Part shown: piece by piece, positions 54,373 to 64,000 of the stretch
Position numbering within the stretch: the first letter of the stretch is position 1
How the letters are laid out: the number at the start of each line of letters is the position of its first letter
Source of the DNA: Octopus sinensis
Lineage: Eukaryota
DNA: 64,000 nt
Assembly (NCBI RefSeq): GCF_006345805.1
Contig: NC_043003.1
Span: 77,562,001 to 77,626,000 of the forward strand
Direction of reading: 5' to 3'
Translations under genes and position numbers: made by a program
The notes under the pieces: generated by a model
Told to the model about the DNA's origin: nothing
Databases searched by the model: none
Seen by the model: the letters and a program-made list of their open reading frames with translations, nothing else

Positions 54373-55685
54373 AAAAGTATATATATATATATATAATATA
54401 CGACTGACTTCTTTCTGGTTACATTCACCTATTATACTCTTATACTCAGAAGCCTCTGGTCGGCACGGAATTATAGTAGAAGACACAGTAGGACTGAACT
54501 CAAGACCACATGGCTGGGACGTAAGCTTCTTACACAACCGAACCTGTGCCTAATATGTATCTCTTGTTTTTATAGAAAATTTACTATCGTTAAGCTTTCT
54601 AAAAGCAGTTAAGCTTTCTTAAAAGTGCAAAACGAGAGGACCCTGATAGTGAAAACCGCCTAAAGCTGGTGCTATTGATACATTTAATTGGCAAAGATAT
54701 GGTCAAATCGAAGCGGGCGTGACGCCTGATATCGTCTCTAAATAAGTATATTTTAGTTATTTCAAAGAAACAGTATAATCGAATTTTTCTGCACGATCTA
54801 ATGAGTGGTGTCTAATACTGCAAGCTCAGTGAAACTTGGTACACCAGGTAAAAAAAATTGTGGGGGAAAAATGTAGTCAATTTCAAGGTAACTAATGGGG
54901 CGCTAAACTATAGATATGCCCATAGATATGTGTGTGTGTCTGTGTGTGTTTGTGTTTGTGTGTCTGTATGTATAAGTGTGTGTGCGTGTGCACGCGCGTG
55001 TGTGTGTACATATATATATATATATAATATATATTATATATAGACATACACATACATACCACACACAAACTGCACGCGCACACATGTATCCATAAAGCAA
55101 ACAGTAGGATCCGAACAAGTGTAATAACTATCTCAATTGAAAATGTGTATAAACAGTTGAAAAGCGGAAAAAATTAGGAACGGACATGCCGAAAACACAA
55201 CCCACCCCTTTTGTTTTATTTATTTTTTTATTTGAAAGATTTCCTGAGAATCCTACGTTTTCAAGAACGAAGATTACAATTTTCTCCAAGAGCAGCGTTT
55301 TAACGTTTAAAATACCCACTTTTCCATCGAGAAAAAAAAAGTGATTTTCAGATTTTCAAAAAAACATTTTGTGAACTCCCAGTTGAAAAATACTGAGTTT
55401 ACGATGTTCTGGAAAAAACGAAATTCACTTCAATGTTAAAATACCCCGCTCCGCCTCTCGGCTTTCAGAATACTCACTTTACCCTCCTACGAAAAGTCCA
55501 GATGATTTTAAACTTGACTGCTCATTTTCACATGCATGCATGCTTATCGAGCAATTAGACAAAATATAGAATGTCTCAGTATGATTACTCGACATACTCG
55601 AAATAACAGCCCAAATCCTGAAAAATAATTTCTATTTCCAAAATTCTTGTTTTGTTTTTAACACAATATTTACGCCATATCACCG

Positions 55686-55978
55686 TGGGTATATGGCGTA
55701 GTGGTTAAGAGCGCGGGCTACTAACCCCAATGTTCTGAGTTCGATTCCAGGTAGTGACCTGAATAATAATAATAATAATAATAATGATAATAATAATAAT
55801 AACAATCGAAAAAATACCTTAGGAATGAGAACCCAGTTCGAAATTTTCCCCAAGACCCCATGAAGGCTGAGGGTTATATCAGCCTAAACGTTGTGTTAAC
55901 AACAAATAAGATGAGGACAAATATCCGTCAAATGTAAATAATGTACATAATTCCTCATCTCTTAAATATAGAACTGTA
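55686..55978 (+). mobile_element. tRNA-headed SINE with internal (AAT)n and a hammerhead-like 3' module
   Basis: A-box TGGCGTAGTGG, B-box GTTCGATTCC, CTACTAA anticodon-like loop; motif at 55854-55897. Confidence 0.7.
55854..55897 (+). ncRNA. degenerate minimal hammerhead-like motif
   Basis: ..ATGA-A-GGCTGA/GGGTTATA/TCAGCC-TAAA-CGT-T-GTGTT; 6-bp stem II, core damaged (GAAA is TAAA, CUG lost). Confidence 0.35.
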
Positions 55979-56489
55979 TTGTTTTTAACACTCCGTCCTT
56001 TAGACTTTCGGAATAATATCAGCTTCAAAGAAATATTAGCTCAGTTGATAAATAAAGTTTGCATCCATATAATAATGTTTTCTTTACCATAGTTTTGGAC
56101 AAGAATTAAATGTTTTTAAATTGTCTGTTAAAACAATACAAAGTACCATTTAAACCTCCAGCACAACGTAGTAATTAAATGTGAACGTGTAAAGTAAAAG
56201 ATTCATTACTTTTCTCAATATAGTCTTCACAGATTCTTATATAGACTTGCAATTGGTTCCTCCTCCCAACGAAAACGTTCCCAAGCACTTGGTTCGTTTC
56301 TTAATCTTCAATTACAATTCCATTCAACTCTAGAATACGTTATATCAACAATATTTTTCATAAGGGAAAATATTTTTCATATATATGTACAATATTTTTC
56401 ATAAGGGGCATAGGGATGTTGAGAGGATTGAAAAGGTGGGGACAACTCACCATGTTACAGTCAAATAGGCAATAATATCCCGTCAGTTC

Positions 56490-56940
56490 AAAGTCGCAAG
56501 CTGGCACAAACATTAGCATGCCAGACCAAATGCTTAGCAGCATTTCGTTCGTCTTCATGTTCTGATTTCAAATTCCACCGAGGTCGACTTTGCCTTTTAT
56601 CCTTTCGGAATCGATAAAATAAGTACCAGTTGAACACCGGGATCGATGTAATAGACCTACCCACTTCCCCGAAATTACTAGCCATGTGCCAAAATTTGAA
56701 ACTTATCTTGTTAACTCAGAAATGACACTTTCTATTATAGGCCCAAGGTCTGGAATTTTGGAGGAGGAGGTTAGTCGCTTTTATCGATGACAGTTCTTGA
56801 CTAGTGCTTATTTTACGGATGCCGAAAGAATTAAAGGTAAAGTCGACCACAGCGGAATTAGAACTCTGAACGTAGAACTGGAAAAAAAAAATACTGCTAA
56901 AGTATTTTGTCCGACTTAGTAACGATTCTGTCAGCTAGAT
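56490..56940. mobile_element. inverted tail-to-tail SINE-B pair
   Basis: Plus copy 56490-56702, minus copy ~56727-56940. Confidence 0.8.
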
Positions 56941-57539
56941 GTCAACTCACATTATAATGCGAGATAAATGATTTTAGTGAGATATACGTTCTACAACGTA
57001 AAATGAAAATTTACCCCGACTAGAGACAAAAGGTTTGGAATCTCTGCCGATAAAGTTATGGATATCCAACAAACTTCGGCTCTTGAAACTCCTACGCTAA
57101 CACACGTCTTCTATAATGCTTAACCAACAAACTTCCATTCCTCAAAGGGTACAAAATTTGATTAATCATTCCCAAGCTCAGCATTAAACATAAGATGTAA
57201 TTTCACTTAGACATTGACATGAGAGTGTGCCATGGGGGCAGGGACAGAAAATGGCCCTTCAAATTTAACATTACCAACATTCTGCCAATGTTCCGCATAT
57301 TCTTCACAGTAATTTCTTTACTACTTTTTCCACCCCAACCTTTGAAATTTAACATTAGCAATATTCTGCCGCTTGACGTTAAGTTTTTCCGACCGTTTCC
57401 CATCCCCACACAAAGGGCATATTTAAATTCATCGTTTGATTTTACTTTCGATGCAACAGTTTTAAGACTCCACATTATTTCTAGGATCAATTAAGAATAT
57501 TATCACTACTGCATCGATAAGTCAGTAATTTTCATACGA

Positions 57540-58097
57540 GCATATATACACTCCTTGGGTATGTATCTTCTACTATAGCCAAGAGCCAACCAAAGCCTTG
57601 TAGAAGAAAGCCTTGGTAGAGGAAAACTGAAAAAAGCCCTTCGTATATATGTGTGTGTGTGTGTTGTGTGTGTGTGTGTGTGTCCGTGTTTATCCCTCCA
57701 CCGCCGCTTAACAATCGGTGCTAGTGTGTTTACGTCCCCTTAACTTAGTGGTTCGGCAAAATAGATCGATAAAATAAGTGCCAGACTTTAAAAAAATAAG
57801 TACTGGGGTCGATACATTCGACTCTAAATTATCGAAAGCGATGCCCCAGCTTGGCCGCAGTCTAATGACTGAAATAAGTAAAAGATAAAAGATAAAAGAA
57901 GATATCGTTTATCTTTTACTTACTTCAGTCATTTGACTGCGGCCATGCTGGGGCATCGCCTTGTGGGTTTTAGTCGAACAAGTTGCCAAGAATAATTTGT
58001 TGAGCCTGGTATTTATTCTATCGATCTCTTTTGCAGAACCGCTACGTTACAGGGACGTAAACACATCAACAGCAGTTGCCAAGCGCTGTGTAGGAGA

Positions 58098-58125
<28 letters not shown>
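57540..58125. mobile_element. inverted tail-to-tail SINE-A pair
   Basis: Plus copy ends GACTGAAATAAGTAAAAGATAAA; minus copy starts TTTATCTTTTACTTACTTCAGTC about 15 bp later. Confidence 0.85.
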
Positions 58126-58146
<21 letters not shown>

Positions 58147-58506
58147 ATAAATTGTCTAAAGTCGAGAACGTCCCTGTCCTGTACGTGTCCCCATTCGTGT
58201 TTTTATTTCTGTTTTTTATTTCTATTTTTGTTCTTGTGTTTATATACGTGTGGCATCCTGTCTTTGTTTCGTATACATTCGAATCCTCTTTCCAAGAAAT
58301 CCAATCCTGTGGCTTGGTTTTTTTTTGGGCTGGCCGGTTCGGAGTAATATCGAGATTAACAGCCGAAATTACTAAGATGACCGGTACCCGACTGAAGATT
58401 AGAGGCTTCGAGTGACCGTCTGTTTTTTTTTTTTGTGTCGTCCTCTTTGTGTGTTTTTGCGTTCTTGTCCCACTTTGTAATTTATATTTTATATTAATTT
58501 CTATAC

Positions 58507-58572
<66 letters not shown>

Positions 58573-58989
58573 TACACGCGCAGGAGTGACTGTGTGGTAA
58601 GAAGTTTGCTTCCCAACTACATAGTTTTCTTTTTTCTGTTCAGTCCCACGCGCGTCATCTTGGGCAAGTGATTTCTATTACAGCGTCTGGCTGACCAAAG
58701 ACTTGTGAGTGGATTTGGTAGATGGAAGCTGAAAGAAGCTCGTCGTATGTATGTGTGTGTGTGTGAGAGAGAGATATATTTACCCTTTTGTTTTCTTTAT
58801 CTATTGTCAAGCCAGCGTTTCTGTTACCGGGAGCCTGATTATTTGGACAATTAAACGTGAGATGTTTCGAGTCCTAAGAGTGTCCCAATTTTTCTGAAGA
58901 TGAAGGACTGCCTTGTGGGGTTTCGTTACGTTTCTATATGTTCAGAGTTCAAATTTCGATGGGGTTTGTATTGCCTTTCATTGTCGGTA

Positions 58990-59680
58990 TTAATGTGGCA
59001 AGCTGGTACAGTCAATCATTAGCAAAATGCTTAGCAGCATTTCGTCCATCACTACTTTCTACATTCAAATGTAACTGAGGTCGACTTTGCCTTTCATTCT
59101 TTTGGAATCGATAAAATAAGTATCAGTTATCATCTGGAGTTAATGTAATCGTCTTAACCCGTCCCCGAACTTGCTGGCCTTGTGCCAAAATTTGAAACTG
59201 AAATTAATGTGAACTTTAATGAGACGAGCTGCATTTCGTCAGTCCTTACGTTCTGAGTTCAAATTCCGCTGAGGTGGACTTTGCTTTCTATCCTTTCAGG
59301 GTCGATGAAATGAGTGCGAGTAAGGCACTGAAACCGATTTAGTCGACAAGACCCCTTCCCTAAAATGTCAGGCCTTGTACCTATAAGAAAAATGATTTTA
59401 ATGTAACCTTTTAAGCCGATCCGACTAGCCGGTAGAATCGCTAGCGGCGCTGGACAAAATACTTTACGTTTAGTTTTTCCTTTTTTTATGGTTTTACGTT
59501 GAGTTCACTTTACGTTCTTTACGTCCTGAGTTCGCTTTACGTCCGCCGAGGACGACTTTGCCTTTCATTCTTTTGGAGTCGATAAAAAAAATGTACTCGT
59601 TGAGCACTGGAGTCTCTGTAATCGACTCAACCCCGCTCCACAAAACTTCAGGCTTGTGCCAATAGTGGAAAAGATATTAT
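58990..59680 (+). mobile_element. three co-oriented SINE-B copies
   Basis: Repeated GAGG(TC/TG/AC)GACTTTGC(C/T)TT cores; third has a stuttered TTTACGT..GAGTTC region. Confidence 0.75.
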
Positions 59681-59829
59681 GTGACCTTTAACCTAAGTTA
59701 GATCTAACTTAACCCCCTTCGTTTTTCTTCCCACCACTCTCTCTACCTTTTGTCTTCTTTCATTCCTCATCACAAAACGTAATTACGAGATTTTTTCATA
59801 TACTTCTTTCCTTTCCCTGCTTCGACATT

Positions 59830-60160
59830 CTCTACCCTTGTTCCTCCTCCTCCCCCACCTCCTCTCCCTCTTCTCTCCCAATCTCTCCTTCCCTCCAGCC
59901 ATCTCTGCTTCCCCCTACCTATCTTTCCTTCTCTTTCCTTACCTCTCCTCTCTCTCTATCGTTTCTTTCTCTCTCCGCTTCTCTTTTTCTCTCCCGTTTT
60001 TTTGTTTTTCTGTCTCTTCCTTTCTGCGCCTCTCTGTCCCCCTCACCCCATCCCTTTCCCTTCTTCTCTTTCTCCCTTCCCCCCTTTCTTTCTACCTTTT
60101 CCTTTTTTCTTTCTCACCTTTCCTCCTATTCTCTCTCTCCCACTCCCCTTCTCTTTTTTA
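59830..60160. repeat. ~330-bp polypyrimidine tract
   Basis: Almost exclusively C/T on the plus strand, aperiodic. Confidence 0.9.
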
Positions 60161-60216
60161 TCTACTTTAACTTGTAACACGACTGCATGATTTCCAAATT
60201 AATATTCTCTCCTTCA

Positions 60217-60822
60217 AGGCGACGAGCTGGGCGAAACGTTAGCACGCCGGGTGAAATGCTTAGCCGTATTTCGTCTGCCGTTACGTTCTGAGTTCAAATT
60301 CCACCGAGGTCGACTTTGCCTTTCATCCCTTCGGGGTCGATAAATTAAGTACCAGTTACGCACTGGGGTCGATGTAATCGACTTAATCCGTTTGAGTGTC
60401 CTTGTTTGTCATCTCTGTGTTTAGCCCCTTGTCGATAGTAAAGAAATAAGTATTTCATCTGTCTTTACATTCTGAGTTCAAATTCCGCTAAAGTCAACTT
60501 TGCCTTTCATCCTTTCAGGGTCGATAAATTAAATACTAATTGCGTACTGGGGTCGATCTAATCGAGTGGCCCCCTCCCCCAAAATTTCGAGCCTTGTGCC
60601 TAGAGTAGAAAAGAATATTCCCTCCTCGTTAGGGCTGCGATACAGAACGCTTACCAGCATTCCGTCCATTTTTACTTTCTGCGTTCAAATGTCGCCGAGG
60701 GACGACTTTGCCTTTCATCCCTCTCCAGGTCGATAAAATGAATACCAGCCAAACACTTGGGTCCATGTAATCGACTTACCCCATCCCCGAAATTTCTGGC
60801 CTTGAGCCAAAATTTGAGACCG
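60217..60822 (+). mobile_element. SINE-B heterodimer plus a third partial copy
   Basis: Head, unit with AAAGAAATA(A/G)G tail, GTATTTC junction, unit with CCTTGTGCCTAGAGTAG tail. Confidence 0.85.
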
Positions 60823-61069
60823 ATATTCGTTTTCGTTCACACACACACTCTTGTACACATAAACATACGCAAATATATACATAAAGCCATTCAACCCCAC
60901 CTCCACAGTATCTCCCACGCATTCCTATCCCCATACATAATCCCCATCTTTCTTTTCTAAAATGGCGTATAGTTCTTTGTACTTGGTTACGTTATCGTAT
61001 TGGACTATCCTGGGAATCATTCGAAACTCTCCCATTGAAACTCATTATTATATCTATCTTTTATCTTTC

Positions 61070-61416
61070 ACATATTTCAGTCATTGAACTGGGCGGACGC
61101 ACACAAACCAATTCCTGTTGTTATATATATATATATATATATACATACACCCACACATCACACACACGAACGTATAGGCACACATATGCTTATATATATG
61201 TGTGTATGTGTGCGTGTGTGTGTACACACACAGATATATACACATACACACATACATACATATACATACAAGGCGAGCATCTATCATTTTTCGTTTGCCA
61301 AATCTTCCTCATCACAAGACTTTGGTCGGCCCGGGAATATAATGAAAGGTACATACGCAAGTGCCACGCAATGGCACTGAACCTGTGGCTGGGAAAGAAG
61401 CTTCTTACCTCACAGT
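61070..61416 (-). mobile_element. SINE-A, diverged
   Basis: TTTCAGTCATTGAACT...CTTCTTACCTCACAGTC. Confidence 0.75.
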
Positions 61417-61434
61417 CATCCTTTTTCTAAACTC

Positions 61435-61483
<49 letters not shown>

Positions 61484-61520
61484 TAATGATAATAATAATA
61501 ATAATAAATAATAATAATAA

Positions 61521-61995
61521 TCTTGTTATAAAAGATGGGCTACAGCAAATATTCTGCTCAATACCACAGATTTGCTTGTCAGTTATTTGACCTTAACCAG
61601 TTGAGCATGTCCCTTAGTGGCTGATAATATGGGCATCTCTGATCACGAACAGAAGTAGTAGGGGAACATCATAGCCACGTGTTGAGAAGAATTCTTTGGG
61701 GTTTAAATAATTCATCTCTGGAAACATGAGTGTTTCGTTCAACATCCTTAAACAGGTCTTATTCGGGGACCTTATGAGCAGGATGGGTTACTCAACCTGA
61801 AGAAATTTCTAACTGGTCCCCACCTGCAAGGTCACGCGCTGTTTATCTTGATAGGAGATCACCATGACGTGCACATATAGCTGTGATACATGTGCCTGGT
61901 TTCCCCTTATCAAACAAGTAGTCATGATGGGTATACTGGGCTTCGTATAAATTACTCCCAGTGTCATTTTGATGGCATGCACTGCTCTCTCCCTC
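61521..61995 (+). mobile_element. 5'-truncated copy of the (AAT)n-anchored element, AAT on both sides
   Basis: TATAAAAGATGGGCTACAGC...CTGCTCTCTCCCTC then (AAT)n. Confidence 0.9.
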
Positions 61996-62051
<56 letters not shown>

Positions 62052-62052
<1 letters not shown>

Positions 62053-62611
62053 TTCTACTGGAAGCACAATGCCTCAACTAGAAGCACAAGGCCTCAGTGC
62101 GTAACTGGTACTAAATTTATCGACCTCCAAAAGATGAAAAGCAAAGTCGACTCCGGCAGCATTTGAACTCAGAACACGAAGACAGACGAAATACCTATTT
62201 CTTTACTACCCACAAGGGGCTAAACACAAAGAGGACAAACAAGGATAGACAAAGGGATTAAGTCGATTATATCGACCCCAGTGCGTAACTGGTATTTATT
62301 TAATCAACCCCGAAAGGATGAAAAGCAAAGTCGACCTCAGCGGAATTTGAACTCAGAACGTAACGGCAGACGAAATACCTATTTCTTTATTACCCACAAG
62401 GGGCTAAACACAGAGGGGACAAACAAGGACAGACAAACGGATTAAGTCGATTACATCGACCTCGGTACGTAACTGGTACTTAATTTATCGAGCCCGGAAG
62501 GATGAAAGGCAAAGTCGACCTCGGCGGAATTTGAACTCAGAATGTAACGGCAGACGAAATACCGCTAAGCATTTCGCCCGGGTTCTAACGGTTCTGCCAG
62601 CTCGCCGCCTT
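62052..62611 (-). mobile_element. SINE-B trimer between (AAT)n arrays
   Basis: Two GACGAAATACCTATTTCTTTA junctions, full head at the right end. Confidence 0.9.
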
Positions 62612-62656
62612 AATAATAATAACAACAACAACAACAGCAACAACAACAACAACAAC

Positions 62657-62698
<42 letters not shown>

Positions 62699-62939
62699 AT
62701 ATATTGATTTATCACATCGCAACTACTGCTTGCCATGCCTATTGTTAAGTGAAATTCTAGTGTCCTACACAAACTCTTGCTCTCCACTCACACTCAACAT
62801 CTCCGTCTACTTTTACTTTCATATCTTTATTCTCAACAAGTTATTATATCAATATTGAGTAATAAGTTGGCGCAGGAGTGGTGGCAAGAGACAATGGTGG
62901 AATATAGTAGTCAATGTTAGTGTCTGCAGGTTGTTGAAT

Positions 62940-62947
62940 GAGCGTGT

Positions 62948-62978
<31 letters not shown>

Positions 62979-63483
62979 AGTGTGTGTGTGAGTGTGTGTG
63001 TGTGTGCTTGTGAGTGTGTGTGCACGCGCATGCACGCACGCACGTACTGAGGTAATGTATAACTGTAGAAGTGTGGTGGTGGTGTTCTTGTGAGTTGCTG
63101 CATTAGTGTGGGGGTAGGAATTGTATGTTATGTATGTGTGGGTATATATGCGGGCACGTCTCCGTGCGTGCGTGAGCGTGGGGGTATGTTGTGCGTGTTT
63201 TCACAGTAGTAATAGTAGTAATAGTAGTTGTATTATTGTTCTGTGTGTGGTGTTCTTGAGTGTTGTTACAAACATGCATGCGTGTATATATGTGTGTGTA
63301 CATTATCTATCTGCTTGTCTGTCTGTCTCTCTGCCTTCCTGTAATGTGCGTACATGTCTGTCCGCCCTGTCTGGCTCTCACTCTCTTGACATAAATATAA
63401 TATAATATATATTGTATATATATATATATATTATATATATATATATTATTTATATACACCCACACACAGTATACAGTATATAT

Positions 63484-63582
<99 letters not shown>

Positions 63583-63806
63583 GTTATAAAATATTTATCT
63601 GTAATCATATATCTTTATATAGTATATATTGTATGTTTGCGCGTTTGTAGATATGTTCGCGCGTGCACACACAACATACATATATACTTATATATTATAT
63701 ATAAATATTCATATGAATTTATATATATTAATATCATATATAAATATTATATATAGTATTCTCTGTGTGTGTGACTGTCTCTATACATGTATACATATAT
63801 ATATAT

Positions 63807-63897
<91 letters not shown>

Positions 63898-64000
63898 TTA
63901 TATATATATATCATACATATAGTTAGATATATTATAAAATATTAACCTTTTATCATATATATCTATATATTATATATAGAATTTTGTGTGTGTGTTGTGT
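62940..64000. repeat. compound (TG)/(TA)/(TACA) microsatellite field
   Basis: Simple repeats to the end of the window. Confidence 0.9.

Noticed and set aside
57255-57372. ~30-bp imperfect direct repeat and overlapping ~90-aa ORFs
   Set aside because: Local duplication explains the repeated peptide; no functional evidence

Overview
Eukaryotic, AT-rich, microsatellite-saturated window with no supportable host protein-coding exon, rRNA or CRISPR array. The repeat families look like those of Octopus/coleoid cephalopods (inferred from recalled SINE families, not from a search). Contents: (1) many copies of tRNA-headed SINE families, labelled here SINE-A, -B and -C; (2) decayed RLE-type non-LTR retrotransposons, namely R4/Dong-like pieces beside (AAT)n and CRE/NeSL-like 3' ends beside (TACA)n; (3) two L1/Tx1-like fragments; (4) a decayed Penelope-like RT and three minimal hammerhead-ribozyme-like motifs; (5) an internally deleted Chapaev3 DNA transposon with intact ends and TAA target duplication, a hAT/Charlie remnant, and MITE- and Helitron-like elements; (6) a ~545-bp non-coding element always 3'-anchored in (AAT)n; (7) two tandem duplications bounded by microsatellites. 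The main candidate system is a microsatellite-centred retroelement ecosystem in which SINE tails and TAA-targeting elements build oriented trains and the arrays then seed local duplication. SINE multimers that appear to move as units and a tRNA-head/hammerhead chimeric SINE are also notable. Nearly all supplied ORFs are low-complexity artefacts. All family assignments are by manual motif recognition, and most boundaries are approximate (about +/-10-20 bp).
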